From NCBI GenBank assembly GCA_964057225.1, contig OZ059899.1, forward strand, positions 20,088,001 through 20,152,000: 64,000 bases of DNA, written 5' to 3'. Under the pieces are notes generated by a model, which saw only the letters and a list, made by a program, of their open reading frames with translations, did no database searches and was not told the origin of the DNA. Each line of letters begins with the position of its first letter. Position 1 is the first letter of the stretch. This stretch comes from Auanema rhodensis. Its lineage: Eukaryota > Animalia > Nematoda. Position numbers and translations under genes: made by a program. Positions 7,333 through 22,060 of the stretch are shown in pieces.

Positions 7333-10300
7333 TAAGATAAAGAGATGCGGTTTTCAAAATTAGATTCCCCATGTCCATATTAGTCTAAAAACAAATTTTT
7401 ATTGATATTGGTGCATGGTAACCATGACTTTGAAATTTACGTGAACTTTAATTTATGCTAATTAAACGTACACGTGGTGTGCACTCGGTATGTAACTCGC
7501 TTCACGTGTAAGATAAAGAGATGCGGTTTTCAAAATTAGATTCCCCATGTCCATATTAGTCTAAAAACAAATTTTTATTGATATTGGTGCATGGTAACCA
7601 TGATTTTGAAATTTACGTGAACTTTAATTCATGCTAATTAAATGTACACGTGGTGTGCACTCGGTATGTAACTCGCTTCACGTGAAAGATAAAGAGATGC
7701 AGTTATAAAAAAATTAGATTCCCCATGTCCATATAAGTCTAAAAACAATTTTTTACTGATATTGGTGCATGGTAACCATGATTTTGAAATTTACGTGAAC
7801 TTTAATTTATGCTAATTAAACGTACACGTGATGTGCACTTGGTATGTAACTCGCTTCACGTGAAAGATAAAGAGATGCGGTTTTTAAAATTAGATTCCCC
7901 ATGTCCATATTAGTCTAAAAACAATTTTTTACTGATATTGGTGCATGGTAACCATGATTTTGAAATTTACGTGAACTTTAATTTATGCTAATTAAACGTA
8001 CACGTGGTGTGCACTCGGTATGTAACTCGCTTCACGTGAAAGATAAAGAGATGCGGTTCTCAAAATTAGATTCCCCATGTCCATTTTAGTCTAAAAACAA
8101 ATTTTTATTGATATTGGTGCATGGTAACCATGACTTTGAAATTTACGTGAACTTTAATTTATGCTAATTAAACGTACACGTGGTGTGCACTCGGTATGTA
8201 ACTCGCTTCACGTGAAAGATAAAGAGATGCAGTTATCAAAATTAGATTCCCCATGTCCATATTAGTCTAAAAACAATTTTTTACTGATATTGGTGCATGG
8301 TAACAATGATTTTGAAATTTACGTGAACTTTAATTTATGCTAATTAAATGTACACGTGGTGTGCACTCGGTATGTAACTCGCTTCACGTGAAAGATAAAG
8401 AGATGCGGTTTTCAAAATTAGATTCCCCATTTCCATATTAGTCTAAAAACAAATTTTCATTGATATTGGTGCATGGTAACCATGACTTTGAAATTTACGT
8501 GAACTTTAATTTATGCTAATTAAACGTACACGTGGTGTGCACTCGGTATGTAACTCGCTTCACGTGTAAGATAAAGAGATGCGGTTTTCAAAATTAGATT
8601 CCCCATGTCCATATTAGTCTAAAAACAAATTTTTATTGATATTGGTGCATGGTAACCATGACTTTTTAATTTACGTGAACTTTAATTTATGCTAATTAAA
8701 CGTACACGTGGTGTGCACTCGGTATGTAACTCGCTTCACGTGTAAGATAAAGATATGCGGTTTTCAAAATTAGATTCCCCATGTCCATATTAGTCTAAAA
8801 ACAAATTTTTATTGATATTGGTGCATGGTAACCATGATTTTGAAATTTACGTGAACTTTAATTCATGTTAATTAAATGTACACGTGGTGTGCACTCGGTA
8901 TGTAACTCGCTTCACGTGGAAGATAAAGAGATGCGGTTTTCAAAATTAGATTCCCCATGTCCATATTAGTCTAAAAACAAATTTTTATTGATATTGGTGC
9001 ATGGTAACCATGACTTTTTAATTTACGTGAACTTTAATTTATGCTAATTAAACGTACACGTGGTGTGCACTCGGTATGTAACTCGCTTCACGTGTAAGAT
9101 AAAGATATGCGGTTTTCAAAATTAGATTCCCCATGTCCATATTAGTCTAAAAACAAATTTTTATTGATATTGGTGCATGGTAACCATGATTTTGAAATTT
9201 ACGTGAACTTTAATTCATGTTAATTAAATGTACACGTGGTGTGCACTCGGTATGTAACTCGCTTCACGTGGAAGATAAAGAGATGCAGTTATCAAAATTA
9301 GATTCCCCATGTCCATATTAGTCTAAAAACAATTTTTTACTGATATTGGTGCATGGTAACCATGATTTTGAAATTTACGTGAACTTTAATTTATGCTAAT
9401 TAAACGTACACGTGGTGTGCACTCGGTATGTAACTCGCTTCACGTGAAAGATAAAGAGATGCGGTTTTCAAAATTAGATTCCCCATGTCCATATTAGTCT
9501 AAAAACAAATTTTTTTATATATATATTGGTGCATGGTAACCATGATTTTGAAAATTACGTGCACTTTAATTTATGCTAATTAAATGTACACGTGGTGTGC
9601 ACTCGGTATGTAACTCGCTTCACGTGAAAGTAAAAGAGATGCGGTTTTCAAAATTAGATTCCCCATGTCCATATTAGTCTAAAAACAAATTTTTATTGAT
9701 ATTGGTGCATGGTAACCATGACTTTGAATTTTACGTGAACTTTAATTTATGCTAATTAAACGTACACGTGGTGTGCACTCGGTATGTAACTCGCTTCACG
9801 TGAAAGATAAAGAGATGCGGTTTTCAAAATTAGATTCCCCATTTCCATATTAGTCTAAAAACAAATTTTTATTGATATTGGTGCATGGTAACCATGACTT
9901 TGAAATTTACGTGAACTTTAATTTATGCTACATAAATGTACACGTGATGTGCACTTGGTATGTAACTCGCTTCACGTGAAAGATAAAAAGATGCAGTTTT
10001 TAAAATTAGATTCCCCATGTCCATATTAGTCTAAAAACAATTTTTTACTGATATTGGTGCATGGTAACCATAACTTTGAAATTTACGTGAACTTTAATTT
10101 ATGCTTATTAAACGTACACGTGGTGTGCACTCGGTATGTAACTCGCTTCACGTGAAAGATAAAGAGATGCAGTTATCAAAATTAGATTCCCCATGTCCAT
10201 ATTAGTCTAAAAACAAATTTTTATTGATATTGGTGCATGGTAACCATGACTTTGAAATTTACGTGAACTTTAATTTATGCTAATTAAATGTACACGTGGT

Positions 10301-13300
10301 GTGCACTCGGTATGTAACTCGCTTCACGTGAAAGATAAAGAGATGCGGTTTTCAAAATTAGATTCCCCATGTCCATATTAGTCTAAAAACAATTTTTTAC
10401 TGATATTGGTGCATGGTAACCATAACTTTGAAATTTACGTGAACTTTAATTTATGCTAATTAAACGTACACGTGGTGTGCACTCGGTATGTAACTCGCTT
10501 CACGTGAAAGATAAAGAGATGCGGTTTTCAAAATTAGATTCCCTATGTCCATATTAGTCTAAAAACAAATTTTTATTGATATTGGTGCATGGTAACCATG
10601 ACTTTGAAATTTACGTGAACTTTAATTTATGCTAATTAAACGTACACGTGGTGTGCACTCGGTATGTAACTCGCTACACGTGAAAGATAAAGAGATGCAG
10701 TTATCAAAATTAGATTCCCCATGTCCATATTAGTCTAAAAACAATTTTTTACTGATATTGGTGCATGGTAACCATAACTTTGAAATTTACGTGAACTTTA
10801 ATTTATGCTAATTAAACGTACACGTGGTGTGCACTCGGTATGTAACTCGCTTCACGTGAAAGATAAAGAGATGCGGTTTTCAAAACTAGATTCCCCATGT
10901 CCATATTAGTCTAAAAACAAATTTTTATTGATATTGGTGCATGGTAACCATGACTTTGAAATTTACGTGAACTTTAATTTATGCTAATTAAACGTACACG
11001 TGGTGTGCACTCGGTATGTAACTCGCTTCACGTGAAAGATAAAGAGATGCGGTTTTCAAAATTAGATTCCCCATGTCCATATTAGTCTAAAAACAAATTT
11101 TTATTGATATTGGTGCATGGTAACCATGACTTTGAAATTTACGTGAACTTTAATTTATGCTAATTAAACGTACACGTGGTGTGCACTCGGTATGTAACTC
11201 GCTTCACGTGGAAGATAAAGAGATGCGGTTTTCAAAATTAGATTCCCCATGTCCATATTAGTCTAAAAACAATTTTTTACTGATATTGGTGCATGGTAAC
11301 CATAACTTTGAAATTTACGTGAACTTTAATTTATGCTAATTAAACGTACACGTGGTGTGCACTCGGTATGTAACTCGCTTCACGTGAAAGATAAAGAGAT
11401 GCGGTTTTCAAAATTAGATTCCCCATGTCCATATTAGTCTAAAAATAAATTTTTATTGATATTGGTGCATGGTAACCATGACTTTGAAATTTACGTGAAC
11501 TTTAATTTATGCTAATTAAACGTACACGTGGTGTGCACTCGGTATGTAACTCGCTTCACGTGAAAGATAAAGAGATGCAGTTATCAAAATTAGATTCCCC
11601 ATGTCCATATTAGTCTAAAAACAAATTTTTATTGATATTGGTGCATGGTAACCATGACTTTGAAATTTACGTGAACTTTAATTTATGCTAATTAAACGTA
11701 CACGTGTTGTGCACTCGGTATGTAACTCGCTTCACGTGGAAGATAAAGAGATGCGGTTTTCAAAATTAGATTCCCCATGTCCATATTAGTCTAAAAACAA
11801 TTTTTTACTGATATTGGTGCATGGTAACCATGACTTTGAAATTTACGTGAACTTTAATTTATGCTACATAAATGTACACGTGATGTGCACTTGGTATGTA
11901 ACTCGCTTCACGTGAAAGATAAAGAGATGCGGTTTTCAAAATTAGATTCCCCATGTCCATATTAGTCTAAAAACAAATTTTTATTGATATTGGTGCATGG
12001 TAACCATGACTTTGAAATTTACGTGAACTTTAATTTATGCTACATAAATGTACACGTGATGTGCACTTGGTATGTAACTCGCTTCACGTGAAAGATAAAG
12101 AGATGCGGTTTTCAAAATTAGATTCCCCATGTCCATATTAGTCTAAAAACAAATTTTTATTGATATTGGTGCATGGTAACCATGACTTTGAATTTTACGT
12201 GAACTTTAATTTATGCTAATTAAACGTACACGTGATGTGCACTTGGTATGTAACTCGCTTCACGTGAAAGATAAAGAGATGCGGTTTTCAAAATTAGATT
12301 CCCCATGTCCATATTAGTCTAAAAACAAATTTTTATTGATATTGGTGCATGGTAACCATGACTTTGAAATTTACGTGAACTTTAATTTATGCTACATAAA
12401 TGTACACGTGATGTGCACTTGGTATGTAACTCGCTTCACGTGAAAGATAAAGAGATGCGGTTTTCAAAATTAGATTCCCCATGTCCATATTAGTCTAAAA
12501 ACAAATTTTTATTGATATTGGTGCATGGTAACCATGACTTTGAAATTTACGTGAACTTTAATTTATGCTACATAAATGTACACGTGATGTGCACTTGGTA
12601 TGTAACTCGCTTCACGTGAAAGATAAAGAGATGCGGTTTTCAAAATTAGATTCCCCATGTCCATATTAGTCTAAAAACAAATTTTTATTGATATTGGTGC
12701 ATGGTAACCATGACTTTGAATTTTACGTGAACTTTAATTTATGCTAATTAAACGTACACGTGATGTGCACTTGGTATGTAACTCGCTTCACGTGAAAGAT
12801 AAAGAGATGCGGTTTTCAAAATTAGATTCCCCATGTCCATATTAGTCTAAAAACAAATTTTTATTGATATTGGTGCATGGTAACCATGACTTTGAATTTT
12901 ACGTGAACTTTAATTTATGCTAATTAAACGTACACGTGGTGTGCACTCGGTATGTAACTCGCTTCACGTGAAAGATAAAGAGATGCGGTTTTCAAAATTA
13001 GATTCCCCATGTCCATATTAGTCTAAAAACAAATTTTTATTGATATTGGTGCATGGTAACCATGACTTTGAAATTTACGTGAACTTTAATTTATGCTAAT
13101 TAAACGTACACGTGGTGTGCACTCGGTATGTAACTCGCTTCACGTGAAAGATAAAGAGATGCGGTTTTCAAAATTAGATTCCCCATGTCCATATTAGTCT
13201 AAAAACAAATTTTTATTGATATTGGTGCATGGTAACCATGACTTTGAAATTTACGTGAACTTTAATTTATGCTACATAAATGTACACGTGATGTGCACTT

Positions 13301-16300
13301 GGTATGTAACTCGCTTCACGTGAAAGATAAAGAGATGCGGTTTTCAAAATTAGATTCCCCATGTCCATATTAGTCTAAAAACAAATTTTTATTGATATTG
13401 GTGCATGGTAACCATGACTTTGAAATTTACGTGAATTTTAATTTATGCTAATTAAACGTACACGTGGTGTGCACTCGGTATGTAACTCGCTTCACGTGAA
13501 AGATAAAGAGATGCGGTTTTCAAAATTAGATTCCCCATGTCCATATTAGTCTAAAAACAAATTTTTATTGATATTGGTGCATGGTAACCATGACTTTGAA
13601 ATTTACGTGAACTTTAATTTATGCTAATTCAACATACACGTGGTGTGCACTCGGTATGTAACTCGCTTCACGTGAAAGATAAAGAGATGCGGTTTTCAAA
13701 ATTAGATTCCCCATGTCCATATTAGTCTAAAAACAAATTTTTATTGATATTGGTGCATGGTAACCATGACTTTGAAATTTACGTGAACTTTAATTTATGC
13801 TACATAAATGTACACGTGATGTGCACTTGGTATGTAACTCGCTTCACGTGAAAGATAAAGAGATGCGGTTTTCAAAATTAGATTCCCCATGTCCATATTA
13901 GTCTAAAAACAAATTTTTATTGATATTGGTGCATGGTAACCATGACTTTGAAATTTACGTGAATTTTAATTTATGCTAATTAAACGTACACGTGGTGTGC
14001 ACTCGGTATGTAACTCGCTTCACGTGAAAGATAAAGAGATGCGGTTTTCAAAATTAGATTCCCCATGTCCATATTAGTCTAAAAACAAATTTTTATTGAT
14101 ATTGGTGCATGGTAACCATGACTTTGAAATTTACGTGAACTTTAATTTATGCTACATAAATGTACACGTGATGTGCACTTGGTATGTAACTCGCTTCACG
14201 TGAAAGATAAAGAGATGCGGTTTTCAAAATTAGATTCCCCATGTCCATATTAGTCTAAAAACAAATTTTTTTTGATATTGGTGCATGGTAACCATGATTT
14301 TGAAAATTACGTGAACTTTAATTTATGCTAATTAAATGTACACGTGGTGTGCACTCGGTATGTAACTCGCTTCACGTGAAAGTAAAAGAGATGCGGTTTT
14401 CAAAATTAGATTCCCCATGTCCATATTAGTCTAAAAACAAATTTTTATTGATATTGGTGCATGGTAACCATGACTTTGAATTTTACGTGAACTTTAATTT
14501 ATGCTAATTAAACGTACACGTGGTGTGCACTCGGTATGTAACTCGCTTCACGTGAAAGATAAAGAGATGCGGTTTTCAAAATTAGATTCCTCATGTCCAT
14601 ATTAGTCTAAAAACAAATTTTTATTGATATTGGTGCATGGTAACCATGACTTTGAAATTTACGTGAACTTTAATTTATGCTACATAAATGTACACGTGAT
14701 GTGCACTTGGTATGTAACTCGCTTCACGTGAAAGATAAAAAGATGCAGTTTTTAAAATTAGATTCCCCATGTCCATATTAGTCTAAAAACAATTTTTTAC
14801 TGATATTGGTGCATGGTAACCATAACTTTGAAATTTACGTGAACTTTAATTTATGCTTATTAAACGTACACGTGGTGTGCACTCGGTATGTAACTCGCTT
14901 CACGTGAAAGATAAAGAGATGCAGTTATCCAAATTAGATTCCCCATGTCCATATTAGTCTAAAAACAAATTTTTATTGATATTGGTGCATGGTAACCATG
15001 ACTTTGAAATTTACGTGAACTTTAATTTATGCTAATTAAATGTACACGTGGTGTGCACTCGGTATGTAACTCGCTTCACGTGAAAGATAAAGAGATGCAG
15101 TTATCAAAATTAGATTCCCCATGTCCATATTAGTCTAAAAACAAATTTTTATTGATATTGGTGCATGGTAACCATGACTTGGAAATTTACGTGAACTTTA
15201 ATTTATGCTAATTCAACATACACGTGGTGTGCACTCGGTATGTAACTCGCTTCACGTGAAAGATAAAGAGATGCGGTTTTCAAAATTAGATTCCCCATGT
15301 CCATATTAGTCTAAAAACAAATTTTTTTTGATATTGGTGCATGGTAACCATGATTTTGAAAATTACGTGAACTTTAATTTATGCTAATTAAATGTACACG
15401 TGGTGTGCACTCGGTATGTAACTCGCTTCACGTGAAAATAAAAGAGATGCGGTTTTCAAAATTAGATTCCCCATGTCCATATTAGTCTAAAAACAAATTT
15501 TTATTGATATTGGTGCATGGTAACCATGACTTTGAATTTTACGTGAACTTTAATTTATGCTAATTAAACGTACACGTGGTGTGCACTCGATATGTAACTC
15601 GCTTCACGTGAAAGATAAAGAGATGCGGTTTTCAAAATTAGATTCCCCATGTCCATATTAGTCTAAAAACAAATTTTTATTGATATTGGTGCATGGTAAC
15701 CATGACTTTGAAATTTACGTGAACTTTAATTTATGCTACATAAATGTACACGTGATGTGCACTTGGTATGTAACTCGCTTCACGTGAAAGATAAAAAGAT
15801 GCAGTTTTTAAAATTAGATTCCCCATGTCCATATTAGTCTAAAAACAATTTTTTACTGATATTGGTGCATGGTAACCATAACTTTGAAATTTACGTGAAC
15901 TTTAATTTATGCTTATTAAACGTACACGTGGTGTGCACTCGGTATGTAACTCGCTTCACGTGAAAGATAAAGAGATGCAGTTATCAAAATTAGATTCCCC
16001 ATGTCCATATTAGTCTAAAAACAAATTTTTATTGATATTGGTGCATGGTAACCATGACTTTGAAATTTACGTGAACTTTAATTTATGCTAATTAAATGTA
16101 CACGTGGTGTGCACTCGGTATGTAACTCGCTTCACGTGAAAGATAAAGAGATGCAGTTATCAAAATTAGATTCCCCATGTCCATATTAGTCTAAAAACAA
16201 ATTTTTATTGATATTGGTGCATGGTAACCATGACTTTGAAATTTACGTGAACTTTAATTTATGCTAATTAAACGTACACGTGTTGTGCACTCGGTATGTA

Positions 16301-17789
16301 ACTCGCTTCACGTGGAAGATAAAGAGATGCAGTTTTCAAAATTAGATTCCCCATGTCCATATTAGTCTAAAAACAAATTTTTATTGATATTGGTGCATGG
16401 TAACCATGACTTTGAAATTTACGTGAACTTTAATTTATGCTAATTAAACGTACACGTGGTGTGCACTCGGTATGTAACTCGCTTCACGTGAAAGATAAAG
16501 AGATGCGGTTTTCAAAATTAGATTCCCCATGTCCATATTAGTCTAAAAACAAATTTTTATTGATATTGGTGCATGGTAACCATGACTTTGAAATTTACGT
16601 GAACTTTAATTTATGCTAATTAAACGTACACGTGATGTGCACTTGGTTTGTAACTCGCTTCACGTGAAAGATAAAGAGATGCGGTTTTTAAAATTAGATT
16701 CCCCATGTCCATATTAGTCTAAAAACAATTTTTTACTGATATTGGTGCATGGTAACCATGATTTTGAAATTTACGTGAACTTTAATTTATGCTAATTAAA
16801 CGTACACGTGGTGTGCACTCGGTATGTAACTCGCTTCACGTGGAAGATAAAGAGATGCGGTTTTCAAAATTAGATTCCCCATGTCCATATTAGTCTAAAA
16901 ACAAATTTTTATTGATATTGGTGCATGGTAACCATGACTTTGAAATTTACGTGAACTTTAATTTATGCTAATTAAACGTACACGTGGTGTGCACTCGGTA
17001 TGTAACTCGCTTCACGTGAAAGATAAAGAGATGCGGTTTTCAAAATTAGATTCCCCATGTCCATATTAGTCTAAAAACAAATTTTTATTGATATTGGTGC
17101 ATGGTAACCATGACTTTGAAATTTACGTGAACTTTAATTTATGCTAATTAAACGTACACGTGATGTGCACTTGGTTTGTAACTCGCTTCACGTGAAAGAT
17201 AAAGAGATGCGGTTTTTAAAATTAGATTCCCCATGTCCATATTAGTCTAAAAACAATTTTTTACTGATATTGGTGCATGGTAACCATGATTTTGAAATTT
17301 ACGTGAACTTTAATTTATGCTAATTAAACGTACACGTGGTGTGCACTCGGTATGTAACTCGCTTCACGTGAAAGATAAAGAGATGCGGTTTTCAAAATTA
17401 GATTCCCCATGTCCATATTAGTCTAAAAACAAATTTTTATTGATATTGGTGCATGGTAACCATGACTTTGAAATTTACGTGAACTTTAATTTATGCTAAT
17501 TAAACGTACACGTGGTGTGCACTCGGTATGTAACTCGCTTCACGTGAAAGATAAAGAGATGCGGTTTTCAAAATTAGATTCCCCATGTCCATATTAGTCT
17601 AAAAACAAATTTTTATTGATATTGGTGCATGGTAACCATGACTTTGAAATTTACGTGAACTTTAATTTATGCTACATAAATGTACACGTGATGTGCACTT
17701 GGTATGTAACTCGCTTCACGTGAAAGATAAAGAGATGCGGTTTTCAAAATTAGATTCCCCATGTCCATATTAGTCTAAAAACAAATTTT

Positions 17790-20700
17790 TATTGATATTG
17801 GTGCATGGTAACCATGACTTTGAAATTTACGTGAACTTTAATTTATGCTACATAAATGTACACGTGGTGTGCACTCGGTATGTAACTCGCTTCACGTGAA
17901 AGTAAAAGAGATGCGGTTTTCAAAATTAGATTCCCCATGTCCATATTAGTCTAAAAACAAATTTTTATTGATATTGGTGCATGGTAACCATGACTTTGAA
18001 TTTTACGTGAACTTTAATTTATGCTAATTAAATGTACACGTGGTGTGCACTCGGTATGTAACTCGCTTCACGTGAAAGTAAAAGAGATGCGGTTTTCAAA
18101 ATTAGATTCCCCATGTCCATATTAGTCTAAAAACAAATTTTTATTGATATTGGTGCATGGTAACCATGACTTTGAAATTTACGTGAACTTTAATTTATGC
18201 TACATAAACGTACACGTGGTGTGCACTCGGTATGTAACTCGCTTCACGTGAAAGATAAAGAGATGCGGTTTTCAAAATTAGATTCCCCATGTCCATATTA
18301 GTCTAAAAACAAATTTTTATTGATATTGGTGCATGGTAACCATGACTTTGAAATTTACGTGAACTTTAATTTATGGTACATAAATGTACACGTAATGTGC
18401 ACTTGGTATGTAACTCGCTTCACGTGAAAGATAAAAAGATGCAGTTTTTAAAATTAGATTCCCCATGTCCATATTAGTCTAAAAACAATTTTTTACTGAT
18501 ATTGGTGCATGGTAACCATAACTTTGAAATTTACGTGAACTTTAATTTATGCTTATTAAACGTACACGTGGTGTGCACTCGGTATGTAACTCGCTTCACG
18601 TGAAAGATAAAGAGATGCAGTTATCAAAATTAGATTCCCCATGTCCATATTAGTCTAAAAACAAATTTTTATTGATATTGGTGCATGGTAACCATGACTT
18701 TGAAATTTACGTGAACTTTAATTTATGCTAATTAAATGTACACGTGGTGTGCACTTGGTATGTAACTCGCTTCACGTGAAAGATAAAGAGATGCAGTTAT
18801 CAAAATTAGATTCCCCATGTCCATATTAGTCTAAAAACAAATTTTTATTGATATTGGTGCATGGTAACCATGACTTTGAAATTTACGTGAACTTTAATTT
18901 ATGCTAATTAAACGTACACGTGTTGTGCACTCGGTATGTAACTCGCTTCACGTGGAAGATAAAGAGATGCGGTTTTCAAAATTAGATTCCCCATGTCCAT
19001 ATTAGTCTAAAAACAATTTTATACTGATATTGGTGCATGGTAACCATGATTTTGAAATTTACGTGAACTTTAATTTATGCTAATTAAACGTACACGTGAT
19101 GTGCACTTGGTTTGTAACTCGCTTCACGTGAAAGATAAAGAGATGCGGTTTTTAAAATTAGATTCCCCATGTCCATATTAGTCTAAAAACAATTTTTTAC
19201 TGATATTGGTGCATGGTAACCATGATTTTGAAATTTACGTGAACTTTAATTTATGCTAATTAAACGTACACGTGGTGTGCACTCGGTATGTAACTCGCTT
19301 CACGTGAAAGATAAAGAGATGCGGTTTTCAAAATTAGATTCCCCATGTCCATATTAGTCTAAAAACAAATTTTTATTGATATTGGTGCATGGTAACCATG
19401 ACTTTGAAATTTACGTGAACTTTAATTTATGCTAATTAAACGTACACGTGGTGTGCACTCGGTATGTAACTCGCTTCACGTGAAAGATAAAGAGATGCGG
19501 TTTTTAAAATTAGATTCCCCATGTCCATATTAGTCTAAAAACAATTTTTTACTGATATTGGTGCATGGTAACCATGATTTTGAAATTTACGTGAACTTTA
19601 ATTTATGCTAATTAAACGTACACGTGGTGTGCACTCGGTATGTAACTCGCTTCACGTGAAAGATAAAGAGATGCGGTTTTCAAAATTAGATTCCCCATGT
19701 CCATATTAGTCTAAAAACAATTTTTTACTGATATTGGTGCATGGTAACCATGATTTTGAAATTTACGTGAACTTTAATTTATGCTAATTAAACGTACATG
19801 TGATGTGCACTTGGTATGTAACTCGCTTCACGTGAAATATAAAGAGATGCGGTTTTTAAAATTAGATTCCCCATGTCCATATTAGTCTAAAAACAATTTT
19901 TTACTGATATTGGTGCATGGTAACCATGATTTTGAAATTTACGTGAACTTTAATTTATGCTAATTAAACGTACATGTGATGTGCACTTGGTATGTAACTC
20001 GCTTCACGTGAAATATAAAGAGATGCGGTTTTTAAAATTAGATTCCCCATGTCCATATTAGTCTAAAAACAAATTTTTTTTGATATTGGTGCATGGTAAC
20101 CATGACTTTGAAATTTACGTGAACTTTAATTTATGCTACATAAATGTACACGTAATGTGCACTTGGTATGTAACTCGCTTCACGTGAAAGATAAAAAGAT
20201 GCAGTTTTTAAAATTAGATTCCCCATGTCCATATTAGTCTAAAAACAATTTTTTACTGATATTGGTGCATGGTAACCATAACTTTGAAATTTACGTGAAC
20301 TTTAATTTATGCTTATTAAACGTACACGTGGTGTGCACTCGGTATGTAACTCGCTTCACTTGAAAGATAAAGAGATGCAGTTATCAAAATTAGATTCCCC
20401 ATGTCCATATTAGTCTAAAAACAAATTTTTATTGATATTGGTGCATGGTAACCATGACTTTGAAATTTACGTGAACTTTAATTTATGCTAATTAAATGTA
20501 CACGTGGTGTGCACTTGGTATGTAACTCGCTTCACGTGAAAGATAAAGAGATGCAGTTATCAAAATTAGATTCCCCATGTCCATATTAGTCTAAAAACAA
20601 ATTTTTATTGATATTGGTGCATGGTAACCATGACTTTGAAATTTACGTGAACTTTAATTTATGCTACATAAATGTACACGTGGTGTGCACTCGGTATGTA

Positions 20701-22060
20701 ACTCGCTTCACGTGAAAGTAAAAGAGATGCGGTTTTCAAAATTAGATTCCCCATGTCCATATTAGTCTAAAAACAAATTTTTATTGATATTGGTGCATGG
20801 TAACCATGACTTTGAATTTTACGTGAACTTTAATTTATGCTAATTAAATGTACACGTGGTGTGCACTCGGTATGTAACTCGCTTCACGTGAAAGTAAAAG
20901 AGATGCGGTTTTCAAAATTAGATTCCCCATGTCCATATTAGTCTAAAAACAAATTTTTATTGATATTGGTGCATGGTAACCATGACTTTGAAATTTACGT
21001 GAACTTTAATTTATGCTACATAAACGTACACGTGGTGTGCACTCGGTATGTAACTCGCTTCACGTGAAAGATAAAGAGATGCGGTTTTCAAAATTAGATT
21101 CCCCATGTCCATATTAGTCTAAAAACAAATTTTTATTGATATTGGTGCATGGTAACCATGACTTTGAAATTTACGTGAACTTTAATTTATGCTACATAAA
21201 TGTACACGTAATGTGCACTTGGTATGTAACTCGCTTCACGTGAAAGATAAAAAGATGCAGTTTTTAAAATTAGATTCCCCATGTCCATATTAGTCTAAAA
21301 ACAATTTTTTACTGATATTGGTGCATGGTAACCATAACTTTGAAATTTACGTGAACTTTAATTTATGCTTATTAAACGTACACGTGGTGTGCACTCGGTA
21401 TGTAACTCGCTTCACGTGAAAGATAAAGAGATGCAGTTATCAAAATTAGATTCCCCATGTCCATATTAGTCTAAAAACAAATTTTTATTGATATTGGTGC
21501 ATGGTAACCATGACTTTGAAATTTACGTGAACTTTAATTTATGCTAATTAAATGTACACGTGGTGTGCACTTGGTATGTAACTCGCTTCACGTGAAAGAT
21601 AAAGAGATGCAGTTATCAAAATTAGATTCCCCATGTCCATATTAGTCTAAAAACAAATTTTTATTGATATTGGTGCATGGTAACCATGACTTTGAAATTT
21701 ACGTGAACTTTAATTTATGCTAATTAAACGTACACGTGTTGTGCACTCGGTATGTAACTCGCTTCACGTGGAAGATAAAGAGATGCGGTTTTCAAAATTA
21801 GATTCCCCATGTCCATATTAGTCTAAAAACAATTTTATACTGATATTGGTGCATGGTAACCATGATTTTGAAATTTACGTGAACTTTAATTTATGCTAAT
21901 TAAACGTACACGTGATGTGCACTTGGTTTGTAACTCGCTTCACGTGAAAGATAAAGAGATGCGGTTTTTAAAATTAGATTCCCCATGTCCATATTAGTCT
22001 AAAAACAATTTTTTACTGATATTGGTGCATGGTAACCATGATTTTGAAATTTACGTGAAC
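17790..22060. repeat. Duplicated block in satellite B, offset 2816 bp (16 monomers): about 17.8-19.25 kb vs about 20.6-22.06 kb
   Basis: Rare variants ttttatactg (19021/21837) and tacataaacg (18201/21017) are both offset by 2816 bp. Confidence 0.8.
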
